From: an uncultured Actinomycetes bacterium
GTDB lineage: Bacteria > Actinomycetota > Thermoleophilia > UBA2241
Direction: 5' to 3'
DNA length: 64,000 bases
Assembly: GCA_963767005.1 (NCBI GenBank)
Contig: CAVYCN010000002.1
Span: 14,272-78,271, forward strand
The notes below the pieces were generated by a model. It was not told where the DNA came from. It did not search any database and saw only the letters and a list, made by a program, of their open reading frames with translations. Of this stretch, positions 8,800 through 19,596 are shown in pieces (position 1 is the stretch's first letter; the number at the start of each line of letters is the position of its first letter). Both the position numbers and the translations under genes were made by a program.

Positions 8800-11348
8800 T
8801 CCGCCTCGCGCTGCGCGACCTGTGGAGCCGCAAGCTGCGTACCGCCCTCACCATGCTGGCGATCGTCCTGGGCGTGGCGATGATCGCCGGCACGTACGTG
8901 ATCACCGACCAGATCAACAACGGCTTCAAGACGATCTTCGAAAAGGCGGCCAAGGGCACCGACGTGAGCATCGCGCGCAAGTCGGCTTTCGGCGGCAACG
9001 ACGTCTTCTCGGCGACCGGCGCGTTGCCGCAGTCGCTGCTCGCTCAGGTGCGGGCCGTGCCCGGCGTGGCGCAGGCCATCGGCACCGTCGGCGCGAGCGG
9101 CGCGGTCGTGATCGACGGCAAGACGGTGACGACCGGCGGCGCGCCGACGCTCGTCTTTTCGACCGAGCCGCCGCCCTTCAGCCAGAGCGTCTACGTGTCA
9201 GGGGCGCGACCGTCGCGCGACGGTACGGTCGGCGTCAACACCAAGCTGGCCGCCGACAAGCACCTGCACGTGGGCGATACGATCGGCCTCGCCACCGAGC
9301 ACGGTGTGCAGCAGGTGACGATCGCCGGCATCTTCAACTTCGGCAACTCGGCCTCGATCGGCGGCGCCACGCTGGTCACGACCACCCAGGCCGACGCCCA
9401 GCGCTGGTACGACCTGACGGGCCGCTTCACCGGCATCGCGGTGGCGGCCGAGCCGGGTGTCACACCCGACACGCTCGCGGCGCGCCTGAAGAAGGCGCTG
9501 CCCGCCTACGCCGACGTCAAGACGTCGGCCCAGGCCGTGGCCGACGACACCAAGGCGATCAGCGACGCCATCGGCACCGTGCTGCGCACCATCCTGCTCG
9601 CCTTCGGCGGCGTCGCCGTGATCGTCGGCGCCTTCATCATCTTCAACGCCTTCTCGATCACCGTGGCCCAGCGCATCCGCGAGTTCGCCATGCTGCGCTC
9701 TCTCGGGGCGACGCGCCGCCAGGTGCTCGCCGGGGTGATCGGCGAGGCCGCGCTGCTCGGCCTCGTCGCCTCGCTCATCGGCATCGGAGCGGGCCTCGGC
9801 ATCGCCAAGGGCATCAACGCCCTCTTCCACGCCGTCGGCGCCGACATCCCCACGTCGGGGATCGCGCTCGCGCCGCGCACCGTCGTCATCTCGCTGGTCG
9901 TCGGCATCGGCGTGGCGCTCGCCGCGGCGCTCGCGCCGGCGCTGCGCGCCACGCGCGTGCCGCCGGTGGCCGCGCTGCACGAGGGCGCGACGCTGCCACC
10001 GTCGCGGGTGAGCCGCTACAGCCCGTTCATCGCGCTCGCGACCGCCCTGCTCGGCGCAGTCGTGCTCGGCGCCGGCATGTTCCTGCACGGACCGGCCACG
10101 AGCCGGCTCGCCGAGATGGGGCTCGGCGCCGTGCTCATCTTCGTGGCCGTCGCCATGGTGGCCAAGTACGTCGTGCGCCCGCTGGCCGCCGTGCTCGGCT
10201 GGCCGGCGGCGAAGCTCGCCGGCAGCGCCGGCCGCCTGGCGCGCGAGAACGCGACACGCAATCCGGCGCGCACGGCCGCCACGGCCGCCGCGCTCATGAT
10301 CGGTCTCGCCGTGGTCGTGTTCGTGGCCGTCTTCGCCCAGGGCTTCAAGACGTCGTTCGTGAGCGCCGTCGACCGCTCGGTCAAGGCCGCCGTCGTGGTC
10401 ACCGATCAGAGCGGCGGTACATTCCCGGCGGCCGCGTTGCCCGCGGTACAGGCCGTGCCGGCGATCGACAAGGCCACGGCCATCACCTCGGCCGAGGTGC
10501 AGGTGAACGGCCACGGCACGGTCGGCATGGTGGGCATCGATCCGGTGACCTTCGCGCCGATGTGGCGTTTTCACTGGCTGAAGGGCGGCTCCGACGAGCT
10601 CGCCGGGCGACTCGCGACCGGCCAGGCGCTGGTCGAGGAACAGTTCGCCACCAAGTACGGCCTCGCGCCCGGCAAGAGCTTCGTCGCGCTCGGCCAGTCG
10701 GGAGCACGGGAGCGCCTCACCGTGGTCGGCGAGTACCGCGATCCGCAGCTGCTCACCGGCTTCACCGTGGCCGAGAGCTCGTACGACCGGCTCGTGCCGG
10801 CGAACCAACGCGATCCGGCCTTCATCATCGCGACGACGAGCGTGGCGCCGGCCATCGCCAAGGCCGCTGTGTCGAGCGCACTGAAGGCGTTCCCGACGGC
10901 CGAGATCCAGACCAAGTCGCAGTACACGGCCTCGCTCAGCAAGCAGGTCGACCAGCTCCTCCTGATGATCTACGCGCTGCTCGCGGTGAGCGTCATCATC
11001 TCGATCTTCGGCATCGTGAACACGCTCGTGCTGTCGGTCTACGAGCGCACCCGCGAGATCGGCATGCTGCGCGCCATCGGCACGACGCGGCGCCAGATGC
11101 GGCGCATCGTGCGCTATGAGAGCGTGATCACCTCGGTGATCGGCGGCATCCTCGGCACCGTGCTGGGCGTGCTCTTCGCCTACGTGGTCACGACCCGGCT
11201 CGCCTCGCAGGGCATCACCTTCTCGGTGCCCTGGGTCCAGCTCGTCGCGTTCCTGATCGTCGCCGCGGTCGTCGGGGTGGTCGCGGCCGTGCTGCCCGCG
11301 TACCGTGCTTCGCGAGTGAGTATCCTCGACGCGATCCACTACGAGTAG
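8796..11348 (+). CDS. ABC transporter permease of the FtsX/MacB family with duplicated FtsX domains (850 aa)
   Basis: ATGA overlap with upstream ATPase; two FtsX-like 4-TM modules each preceded by a large periplasmic domain. Confidence 0.8.
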
Positions 11349-11349
11349 G

Positions 11350-12042
11350 ATGACGCTGCAGACTGCAAGCGGCCGCCGGGGGCGGCCCATGGCTGAACGA
11401 GACGACACACACGAGGGGGGCGACGCCGCGCGCGACCGCGCCGCGGCGCGCGCGGCGCGACTGCGTACGCTCATGCGGGCGACGCGGCCGACGCTGTCGA
11501 CCCCGCAGCCGGATCCGGCGCCGAGCCTGCTCGAGCTGAGCGAACGGCAGCGGCGCAGGACCACGCTCGTGGCCGGCGGCGTGCTCATCGCGGTCGGCGC
11601 CCTGACCTTCGTGCTGCTGCTCGGCGGCGTGTCGGCGTTCAGCCTGGCCATCTTCGTGCCGGGCGTGTTGCTGGTCGCCCTGGCGGTCGGCTGGCGACCG
11701 GTCTACGCCTTCTACCTGGCCGGCCTCGGCCTCGCAGGCTGGGGCGCCGGCGCGATCGTCGACCGGGCGATCGCCTCGCCCATGTTCCTGAGCGCCGTCG
11801 GTCTGGGCTGCGGTCTGGGCTGCGCCTGGCTGATCCGCCGTGTGCAGGCCGGGCGGGCCCACCTGTGGCCGCTGCTCTTCGGCGTCTTCTTCGCCGGCAT
11901 CGGCGTGCTGGCCGGCTTCGATCACCCCCGCGAGGTGATCTGGCACGCCTGGCCGCTGCTGCTCGTCGCGGCGGGCCTCGCCTTCGTGCTGCGCGCCGTG
12001 CTGCCCCCGCGTCGTGGGGTCGGCCGCCCGCCCCGTCTGTAG
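11350..12042 (+). CDS. hypothetical integral membrane protein
   Basis: 230 aa, about 5 hydrophobic helices, starts 2 nt after the permease stop. Confidence 0.5.
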   Translation: MTLQTASGRRGRPMAERDDTHEGGDAARDRAAARAARLRTLMRATRPTLSTPQPDPAPSLLELSERQRRRTTLVAGGVLIAVGALTFVLLLGGVSAFSLAIFVPGVLLVALAVGWRPVYAFYLAGLGLAGWGAGAIVDRAIASPMFLSAVGLGCGLGCAWLIRRVQAGRAHLWPLLFGVFFAGIGVLAGFDHPREVIWHAWPLLLVAAGLAFVLRAVLPPRRGVGRPPRL

Positions 12043-12208
12043 CGCCGTCACGTCGGCCGGGCGTCCCCGCCTGGAGCGTCGTGGGGTCGGCCGGCCCGCG
12101 GCGCGTGGCCGGAGAGCCCCGACCGGAGCCTCGGCCGGAGCGCCTCGGTCTGCATCCTCTTGCAGCGCGAACGCAATTTGGCACGACGGGTTGCACGGGT
12201 CAGAGGCT

Positions 12209-12237
12209 GGAACCGAGCAACGCTCTGGTTCTTTTTG
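12209..12237 (+). terminator. weak intrinsic terminator-like hairpin GGAACCGAG...CTCTGGTTC plus TTTTT
   Basis: T5 tract is rare in this GC context; followed by TTGCGT-N17-TACGAT promoter-like element before the symporter gene. Confidence 0.3.
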
Positions 12238-12301
12238 CGTCGGCGTGGCTGTCCCGATACGATAGCGGCTGCTGGTCCGTCGTCGATCCTCGGGGGAGTC
12301 C

Positions 12302-13861
12302 GTGAGCAAGTACGTCATCCTGGCCGTCTTCGTCGCCGTGCTCGTCGCGGTCGGCGTGTACTCGCGGCGTCGCACCAAGACCGTCGACGACTTCTTCATC
12401 GGCAGTCGCACGGTCGGCCCCTGGCTGTCGGCGTTCGCCTACGGCACGACCTACTTCAGCGCCGTCCTGTTCGTCGGCTACGCCGGCAAGATCGGCTTTG
12501 GCTTCGGGCTCTCGTCGCTCTGGATCGTGGTGGGCAACGCCTTCTTGGGCACGATGGTGGCCTGGTGGCTGCTCGCCGGCCGCACGCGCGTGATGACCGC
12601 CCGCCTGGGCGCCCTCACCATGCCCGAGTTCCTCGGCCGGCGCTACGGGTCGAAGGCCGTGAAGATCGTCGCGGCGCTGCTCATCTTCATCTTCCTCATC
12701 CCGTACTCGGCCTCGGTGTACACCGGCCTGGCCTACCTGTTCGAGAAGGTGTTCGGCATCGACTACACGACGGCGCTCTGGTCGATGGCCGTCCTGACGG
12801 CCGTCTACCTCGTCCTCGGCGGCTACCTCGCCGTGGCGCGCAACGACGCCATCCAGGGGATCGTCATGATCGTCGGCGTGATCGTCATGATCGCCTTCGT
12901 GCTACACGCGAAGGAGGTCGGCGGCCTCGCCCACGGCCTGCGCACCCTGCATCATATGGACCCGGCGCTCACCGCCGTCTGGCCCACCTGGCACATGCAG
13001 GGCAGCGGCTTCACCGCGTTTCTGGGGTCGCCCGGCGTCGAGCTGCTCGGCCTCGTGCTGCTCACCAGCCTCGGGGCCCTGGCGCACCCCAAGATGGTGC
13101 ACAAGTTCTACGCCATGAAGGACGAGGGGGTCGTGCGCCGGGCAATCGTGATCTCGACCTTCTTCGCCTTTCTCATGACCCTGGGCGCCTACTTCACCGG
13201 CTCGCTCAGCCACCTGTTCCCGCAGGTCGCGCCGCTCGCCGCCACGAAGAACTTCGACGCGATCATGCCGACCGTGATCGACGTCGCGCTGCCCTCGACG
13301 CTCGTCGTGATCGTGCTGCTGCTCGTGCTGTCGGCGTCGATGTCGTGTCTCGCGTCGCTCGTCATGGTCTCGGCGTCGGTGATCAGCGTCGACTTCGTGC
13401 GCGACGAGATCAGGCCCGACATGTCGAAGGGCTCGGTCGTCACCCTCATGCGCGTGCTGGTCGTCGTCTTCATCCTGCTGTCGGTGCTCATGGCCCAGGC
13501 GCAGCTCACCATCATCATCACGATGATGGCGATCTCGTGGGGCGTGATCTCGGGGGCGTTCCTGGGGCCTTACATCTGGGGGCTGTTCTGGCGGCGCGTG
13601 GGACTGGCCTCGACCTGGGCCGGCTTCGCGGTCGGCGCCGGCGTCACTCTGCTCGTGGGTTGGCACTACAACTGGAACTCGGCCTACATGCCGGTCATCT
13701 CGAGCATCGCCATGGTGGGCTCGCTGGTCGTCGTGCCGGTGGTCGCGCTCTTCACCAAGCCGGCACCGGCCGAGTGCGTGGCGCGCGCCTTCGGTGACGG
13801 CGAGGCGGCGGTCGTCCTCGACACGCCGGCCGAGCCGGGGCTCGAGCCCGAGGCCGTGTAG
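12302..13861 (+). CDS. sodium:solute symporter family (SSS) transporter
   Basis: 519 aa, about 13 TM helices, SSF-type N-terminus (FFIGSRTVGPWLSAFAYGTTYFSA). Confidence 0.8.
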   Translation: MSKYVILAVFVAVLVAVGVYSRRRTKTVDDFFIGSRTVGPWLSAFAYGTTYFSAVLFVGYAGKIGFGFGLSSLWIVVGNAFLGTMVAWWLLAGRTRVMTARLGALTMPEFLGRRYGSKAVKIVAALLIFIFLIPYSASVYTGLAYLFEKVFGIDYTTALWSMAVLTAVYLVLGGYLAVARNDAIQGIVMIVGVIVMIAFVLHAKEVGGLAHGLRTLHHMDPALTAVWPTWHMQGSGFTAFLGSPGVELLGLVLLTSLGALAHPKMVHKFYAMKDEGVVRRAIVISTFFAFLMTLGAYFTGSLSHLFPQVAPLAATKNFDAIMPTVIDVALPSTLVVIVLLLVLSASMSCLASLVMVSASVISVDFVRDEIRPDMSKGSVVTLMRVLVVVFILLSVLMAQAQLTIIITMMAISWGVISGAFLGPYIWGLFWRRVGLASTWAGFAVGAGVTLLVGWHYNWNSAYMPVISSIAMVGSLVVVPVVALFTKPAPAECVARAFGDGEAAVVLDTPAEPGLEPEAV

Positions 13862-13981
13862 GCCGGTGGCGGTCGCGCCGGTGGTGTCCCCGTCGCGCTT
13901 GCGTCGCGGGGGCGCCGCGGGTCGGGCGGCCACACGCCCGCGGGCGGCGACGCGCGTCGCCCGCTCCGGTACAGTGACGAC

Positions 13982-15106
13982 GTGAGCACGGCGCCGTTCG
14001 AACAGGGTCCGATCCGGCCGCCGAGCGAGGCCTCGAGCCTGCTCGTGCGAGTCGTGCGCAACTGCGGCTGGAACCGCTGCCGGTTCTGCCCCGTGTACAA
14101 GGGCGCGCGGTTCTCGGTGCGGCCGCTCGACGAGGTGCTCGCCGACGTCGCCGCCATGCGGGCCGCGGCCGACGCGCTCGCCGGCGACCCGCTCGCGGCG
14201 CTGCGCGCCGGTGTCGTACCGCCCGAGGCCTGGCAGGTCGCGCTGTTCCTGCGGGCCGGGGCCCGCGCCGTCTTTCTGCAGGACGCCGATCCCTGCGCCG
14301 TGAAGGCCGAGAACCTCGCGCTCGTGATCGAACAGGTCCGCGCGGCGTTCCCGACGGTCGACCGGGTCACGACCTACGGCCGGGCGGCGACGCTCGCGCG
14401 GCGTCGCCCGGCCGACCTCGCCCGGCTCGCGGCCGCGGGCCTCACGCGCGTGCACGTCGGCATGGAGTCGGGCGCCGACGCGGTGCTCGCCCGCGCCGAC
14501 AAGGGCTGCACCGCCGAGCAGCTCGTGACCGCCGGCTGCCAGCTTCTCGACGCCGGCATGGAGCTGTGCTTCTACGTCATGCCGGGTCTCGGCGGCCGCG
14601 ACCTCGCCGGCGAGCACGTCCGCGGCACCGCGGACGTGCTGCGCGCGGTCGCGGCCGCCGCACCGGCGGAGCGCGCGCTGGTCGTGCGCCTGCGCACCAC
14701 CGCGGTCGTGCCCGGCACGCCGCTCGCCTGCGACGAGGCCGAGGGCCGCTTCGCCCTGCCCGACGACGTCGAGGTCGCGGTCGAGCTGCGCGCCCTGCTC
14801 GAGCGGCTCGACGGCGTGCGCCTCGAGCTGCGCTCCGACCACGCGCTCAACCTGATGGCCGGCCTCGAGGGCTCGCTGCCGGCCGATCGTGAGCCTCTGA
14901 TGGGGCTGCTCGACGAGTTCCTCGCGCTGCCGGCTGCTCGGCAGGCCGAGATCGCGCTGGCCGCGCGTCTCGGCGTGGTGGGGCGCCTGCGCGGGTCCGA
15001 CGACCCGAGCCTGGCCGTCGCCGTCGACGAGGGACCGGCGGCAGGCGCCGACGAGGCGCGGGAGCGCCTCGAGGCGGCCAAGCGTCTGCGCTCGCGGTTC
15101 CTCTGA
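13982..15106 (+). CDS. radical SAM-like protein with noncanonical CX4CX2C cluster motif
   Basis: N-terminal IRPPSEASSLLVRVVRNCGWNRCRFCPVYKG; TIM-barrel-like remainder; family not resolved. Confidence 0.5.
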   Translation: MSTAPFEQGPIRPPSEASSLLVRVVRNCGWNRCRFCPVYKGARFSVRPLDEVLADVAAMRAAADALAGDPLAALRAGVVPPEAWQVALFLRAGARAVFLQDADPCAVKAENLALVIEQVRAAFPTVDRVTTYGRAATLARRRPADLARLAAAGLTRVHVGMESGADAVLARADKGCTAEQLVTAGCQLLDAGMELCFYVMPGLGGRDLAGEHVRGTADVLRAVAAAAPAERALVVRLRTTAVVPGTPLACDEAEGRFALPDDVEVAVELRALLERLDGVRLELRSDHALNLMAGLEGSLPADREPLMGLLDEFLALPAARQAEIALAARLGVVGRLRGSDDPSLAVAVDEGPAAGADEARERLEAAKRLRSRFL

Positions 15107-15176
15107 CCGGGGCCGGGGCGTTCGCCCCGACGAGCGCCGGCGCTTCAGCGGCGCCCTCAGACCGCGACCGGCTCGC

Positions 15177-15827
15177 TCAGAAGGCGACCGGGCCGGTCAG
15201 GTATCGCTGGATGGTCGGGCCGACGGCCGCGGCCAGGCTCGCCACATCGGCCGAGGCCAGCGGCTCGACCTTGCCGACGTAGCGCATGAGGGCGAGGCCG
15301 ATGAACTGCGAGCCGACCAGAGTGGCGCGCAGCTCGGCGTCGGGTTGGCCGAGGGCGCGGGCGAGCGGCGCGAAGACCTCTTTGACGAGAAACCGGCGCA
15401 CGAGCTCGGCGGCCTGCTCGTTGCAGACGGCGGAACGCAGCACGGCCAGGAGGACCGGCCGGTTGGTCGGCTCCTCCCAGGCGCCCAGGAAGCGCAGCAC
15501 CACCAGCTCGCCGATGTGCTCGCGGTCGGCGGCAAGGAGCTCGGGCACGAGCGTCGCCGGCGACATCGGCAGCCTGACGGCCGCATCGAAGAGGTGCTCC
15601 TTCGCGCCGAAGTAGTGGTGCACGAGGGCGGGGTCGACGGCGGCGCGCGCGGCGATGGCGCGGATCGTCGCGCCGTCGTAGCCGGCCGCCGCGAACTCGG
15701 CGCGCGCGGCGGCCAGGATCGCGTCACGGGCACCGCTCTCTCCGGGCCGTCGCCCGGTGTGGGCGGGCGCGGCCGGCCGGCTCCCCGCCGGCCGGCTCTT
15801 CGTCGCTTGGTCTTCGCCGTTCACGAC
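15177..15827 (-). CDS. TetR family transcriptional regulator
   Basis: HTH ...RDAILAAARAEFAAAGYDGATIRAIAARAAVDPALVHHYFGAKEHLF; last gene of the efflux operon. Confidence 0.75.
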   Translation of the reverse strand, partial: VVNGEDQATKSRPAGSRPAAPAHTGRRPGESGARDAILAAARAEFAAAGYDGATIRAIAARAAVDPALVHHYFGAKEHLFDAAVRLPMSPATLVPELLAADREHIGELVVLRFLGAWEEPTNRPVLLAVLRSAVCNEQAAELVRRFLVKEVFAPLARALGQPDAELRATLVGSQFIGLALMRYVGKVEPLASADVASLAAAVGPTIQRYLTGPVAF

Positions 15828-17593
15828 GGCTCCTCGCTCGCGGCCTCGGCGCCGTCGTCGAGCTCCCGGCGCTCGGCCCTGCTCAGCTTCTCGTGGCCCT
15901 CGTGCTCGCCGAGCCGGCGGCCCGTGAGCAAGCCGGGCACCGCCGCGAGCAGGGCGGCCAGGGCGGCGACCAGGAAGGGCCACTGGAACGACTTCGCGAT
16001 GTCGTCGCGGTAGATCGCGACGATACCGGCCGTAAGGCGCTGCTGGGCGAGCGCCGCCGGCGAGCCGGCGGGCGCCTGCGGCCCGAGTCCCGCGAGGTTG
16101 CTGCGCAGGGTCGATGCCGCGTCGCCGCCGCCCGACTTCGCGGCCGCGGCGGCGGTCGTCTCGAGCTGGTGGGCGATGCTCGCCCTGGCGGACGCCGGCA
16201 CCTGCTGCTGGGCGTTCACGTAGCGCACGGCGTGGACCGTGGCCGTCTGCGCGTTCAGTGCCACGGTGTGCGAGAAGATCGCGACCAGCACGGCGACGCC
16301 GAGCGTGAAGCCCACCTGGCGCAGCGTGTTGAGCGAGCCCGAGCCGACGCCGCGGACCTGGGGCGGCAGCGAGGCCATCGAGGCGGCCGAGAGGGTGGGC
16401 ATGGCGAAGCCCATGCCGCCGCCGATGAAGGCGATGCGCCACATGATCTGCGGCAGGGTGGAGGTGCCGGTGAGGCGCGACAGCAGGACGAGGCCCACGG
16501 CGAAGAGCGCGGCGCCCAGCACGGCCGGCACGCGCGGCCCGATGCGGTCGACCAGGCGCCCGGCGTTGGGCGCGATCACGAGGGCGATCAGCGGCATGAC
16601 GGTGAGGGCGAGCGCGGCGCGCAGCTCAGAGTAGCCCAGCACGTCGACCATGAAGATCACGACCAGCAGGAACGTGCCGCCCATGGCGACGCCGATGAAC
16701 ATGATGGCGCTGTTGGCCGCCGTGAACGAGCGGATGCGCAGCAGCTCGAGCGGGAACATGGGGTGCTGAGTGCGACGCTCCCACCAGACGAACAGCGGAT
16801 AGCAGGCGACGGCCGCGACGAACAGCGCGATCACGCCCGGCGAGCGCCAGCCCCAGGAGTTGCCCTGTACCAGGGCGAGGGTGAGCAGGAACAGGCCGCC
16901 GGCCGACACGAGGACACCGGGCACATCGATGCCGCCCTCGCTGTGGCCGCGGTGCACCCGGTGCGGGATCACGAGGGCGGCGAAGACTACGGCGGCCACG
17001 CCGATCGGCACGTTCACGAAGAAGATCCACTTCCAGCCGTGCGCGCCGCCGTAGGTCACGAGCAGACCGCCGAGCGTGGGTCCGACCGCCGCGGCGGCCG
17101 TGCCCAGGGCGCCCCACAGGCCGACGGCCATGCCCTGCTGGTGCTTGGGAAACGCGCCCAGCACGATGGCCAGCGACAGCGTGAGCAGGGCGGCGCCGCC
17201 CAGACCCTGTCCGGCGCGGAAGGCGATCAGCCAGCCGATGTTCGGCGAGAGGCCGCAGAGCAGCGAGAACGCGGTGAACGTGACGAGGCCGAAGATGAAG
17301 ACGCGCTTCTGGCCGTAACGGTCGGAGATGCGGCCCATCGACAGGAAGAACGCGGCGAGCACGAGGCTGTAGGCGTTCAGCACCCAGGACACGCTGGTCA
17401 CGTTGGTGCGCAGGTCCTTGATGATGGCCGGGATCGCGATATTGACGATCGTCACGTCGAGCAGCGCCATGAACATGCCGACCGACACGGCGACCAGGAT
17501 CCACCACTTGCGGGGGTGACCGGTGTCGGCGCCCGCGGTCGGCACGGCGAACGCATCGGGGGTGGCGGGGGCAGGTGGTGCGGTCGAGCTCAA
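15821..17593 (-). CDS. MFS transporter, DHA2 (EmrB/QacA) drug-efflux family, 14 TM
   Basis: MFS motifs (GRISDRYGQKRVF...), long C-terminal extension; candidate starts TTG 17593 (4-bp overlap with the upstream stop), GTG 17545 or ATG 17476. Confidence 0.75.
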   Translation of the reverse strand: MSSTAPPAPATPDAFAVPTAGADTGHPRKWWILVAVSVGMFMALLDVTIVNIAIPAIIKDLRTNVTSVSWVLNAYSLVLAAFFLSMGRISDRYGQKRVFIFGLVTFTAFSLLCGLSPNIGWLIAFRAGQGLGGAALLTLSLAIVLGAFPKHQQGMAVGLWGALGTAAAAVGPTLGGLLVTYGGAHGWKWIFFVNVPIGVAAVVFAALVIPHRVHRGHSEGGIDVPGVLVSAGGLFLLTLALVQGNSWGWRSPGVIALFVAAVACYPLFVWWERRTQHPMFPLELLRIRSFTAANSAIMFIGVAMGGTFLLVVIFMVDVLGYSELRAALALTVMPLIALVIAPNAGRLVDRIGPRVPAVLGAALFAVGLVLLSRLTGTSTLPQIMWRIAFIGGGMGFAMPTLSAASMASLPPQVRGVGSGSLNTLRQVGFTLGVAVLVAIFSHTVALNAQTATVHAVRYVNAQQQVPASARASIAHQLETTAAAAAKSGGGDAASTLRSNLAGLGPQAPAGSPAALAQQRLTAGIVAIYRDDIAKSFQWPFLVAALAALLAAVPGLLTGRRLGEHEGHEKLSRAERRELDDGAEAASEEPS

Positions 17594-19596
17594 GCGGTCC
17601 TCCCTGGATCGTCTGTGTGTCGGTCGGTGAGGGGAGTGGCAGGTGATGCCGCGGGTCGGTCCGCGGGCGACGCGGTGACTGCCGCCGTGGAACCGTCGGC
17701 GCTCGCCGGCGCAGCCGCGCTCACGAGCTCCACGAAGGCCTCGTCGAAGCTGGCCGGTACAACCCTCAGATGGGCCGCGACGCGGCGCGCGTCGAGGGCC
17801 GCGGCCACGCGCTCCGCGTCGCCGCCCGCCACGCGAACGCGCCGGCCGGACAAGGCGGTCGGCAGGCCGGCGTCGTCGAGCGCGCGGAAGGCGTCGTCCC
17901 AGCGTTCGGCTTCGACCTCGACGGTGGTGGCGTCGCCGACGATGTCGGCGATCGTGCCGGCGGCGACCACGCGGCCGGCCGCCATGAGGACGAGACGGTC
18001 GCACTGCTCGGCCTCGTCCATGGCGTGCGTCGTGACGAGCACGCCGGCGCCGCCCGCGGCGGCACCCTGGATCGTCTCCCATAGGCGCGCCCGGGCGAGG
18101 GCCGCGACGCCCGACGTGGGTTCGTCGAGCACGAGCAGCTCGGGCCGGTGGGCGAGCGCGGCGGCGAAGGCGAGGCGGCGGCGCAGGCCGAGCGGCAGGT
18201 CGCGCACCAGCGCACCGCCGCGCGCGGCGAGCTCGGCATCGGGTGCGGCGGCGCACTCGTGCGCGGGCGCCGCCGGGTCGGCGAAGGCGCGGCGCGAGAA
18301 GGCCAGGTTCTCGTCGACCGTGAGGTCGTCCCACACGCCCAGGCTCTGGGGGACGTAGCCCAGGCGCAGGCGGCCGGCGCGCGAGGGCGGCGCACCGAAC
18401 AGATCGACCGCGCCCGCGCTGGGCCGCAGCAGGCCGAGCAGGAGGCGGATCAGCGTCGTCTTGCCGGCGCCGTTGGCGCCGAGCAGGCCGACGGTCTCGC
18501 CGGGCCGCACGGTCAGGTCGACGCCGTCGACGGCGACGAAGTCACCGAACCGGCGCGTGACGCCGCGCGTGGCCGCGAGGGCCGTTTCGTCGCCGCGCGT
18601 CGGCAGAGGTGACGTCGGGGCGTGCGGCGCTGCAGCGGCGGTCGCGGCCGCCCCCTCGTTGGACGGTGAGCCGGCGCCGCCGCGCGCCAGAGCGGCGACG
18701 ATGACGGCGTCGGTCAAGTCGGCGGTGACAGGGAGGGCGCCGGCCGGGGCGGCCGGCGCAGTCGCGGCGCGGTCGGGCGCGGCGGGGGGCAGCCAGAGGT
18801 GCAGGTGGCGGCCGCGGGGCCAGGCGGCCCAGCCGCCTGGCCCCGCGGCTGCCACCGTCTCGACGACGCGCCCCGGCAGTCGCGCGACGATCTCGTCGGG
18901 CGTGCCCGCGGCGAGCACGCGACCGTCGTCGAGCACGAGGACGGTCGCGGCTCGTTCGGCCTCGTCGAGGTAGGTGGTCGCCATGACGACGGCGGTGCCC
19001 GCGGCTGCGGCGCCGGCGATCAGCCGCCAGATGTCGGCGCGGCTCACGGGATCGACGCCGGTCGTGGGCTCGTCGAGCACCAGCAGCGCGGGATCGTGCA
19101 CCGCGGCGAGGACGAAGGCGAGCTTCTGGCGCATGCCGCCCGACAGGTGCCCGGCGAGGCGGTCGCGGGCTGCGTCGAGACCGGCGCGGGCGAGCAGCGG
19201 CGCGGCCCGCGTCTCGAGCTGCGCGCCGAGCAGGCCGTAGGCGCCGGCGACGAAGTCGAGGTTCTCGGTCACGGTCAAGTCGTCGTAGGCCCCGGCGCCG
19301 GCCGACACGAAGCCGACGTCGCCGGCCGGCGGCCGCATGACGCGGCCGGCGGCGGGGGCGTGGAGACCGGCGAGCGTGCGCAGCAGGGTCGACTTGCCCG
19401 CGCCGTCGCCGCCGACCACGGCCGTCACCGCGCCGGCCGGAGCGTGCAGCGAGACGCCGGCGAGCGCGACACGGTGGCCGAACCGCACCTCGACGTGGCG
19501 CAGCCCCCAGGCGGGGTCTCCGGCGGTAGCCGGAGCCTCGGCTTGGGGCGCCGCCGGGCCGGCCCCGACCGTATCGATGGTCGGTCCGCCGCTCAC
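17590..19596 (-). CDS. ABC transporter ATP-binding protein with two tandem ATPase domains
   Basis: two Walker A motifs (GGDGAGKST, GANGAGKTT), two signature motifs (LSGGMRQK, LPLGLRRRL); GTGA start/stop overlap with the permease gene. Confidence 0.8.
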   Translation of the reverse strand: MSGGPTIDTVGAGPAAPQAEAPATAGDPAWGLRHVEVRFGHRVALAGVSLHAPAGAVTAVVGGDGAGKSTLLRTLAGLHAPAAGRVMRPPAGDVGFVSAGAGAYDDLTVTENLDFVAGAYGLLGAQLETRAAPLLARAGLDAARDRLAGHLSGGMRQKLAFVLAAVHDPALLVLDEPTTGVDPVSRADIWRLIAGAAAAGTAVVMATTYLDEAERAATVLVLDDGRVLAAGTPDEIVARLPGRVVETVAAAGPGGWAAWPRGRHLHLWLPPAAPDRAATAPAAPAGALPVTADLTDAVIVAALARGGAGSPSNEGAAATAAAAPHAPTSPLPTRGDETALAATRGVTRRFGDFVAVDGVDLTVRPGETVGLLGANGAGKTTLIRLLLGLLRPSAGAVDLFGAPPSRAGRLRLGYVPQSLGVWDDLTVDENLAFSRRAFADPAAPAHECAAAPDAELAARGGALVRDLPLGLRRRLAFAAALAHRPELLVLDEPTSGVAALARARLWETIQGAAAGGAGVLVTTHAMDEAEQCDRLVLMAAGRVVAAGTIADIVGDATTVEVEAERWDDAFRALDDAGLPTALSGRRVRVAGGDAERVAAALDARRVAAHLRVVPASFDEAFVELVSAAAPASADGSTAAVTASPADRPAASPATPLTDRHTDDPGRTA

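Noticed and set aside
9198-11651. 817-aa antisense ORF across the FtsX permease gene; likewise 6130-7548, 12902-14842, 15893-18358, 21050-22879, 23183-24550, 24928-27894, 33126-35294, 47856-52265, 57484-61158
   Set aside because: All lie antisense to genes with clear family signatures and have poly-Arg/Gly/Asp low-complexity composition; a hallmark of >70% GC DNA, not real genes.
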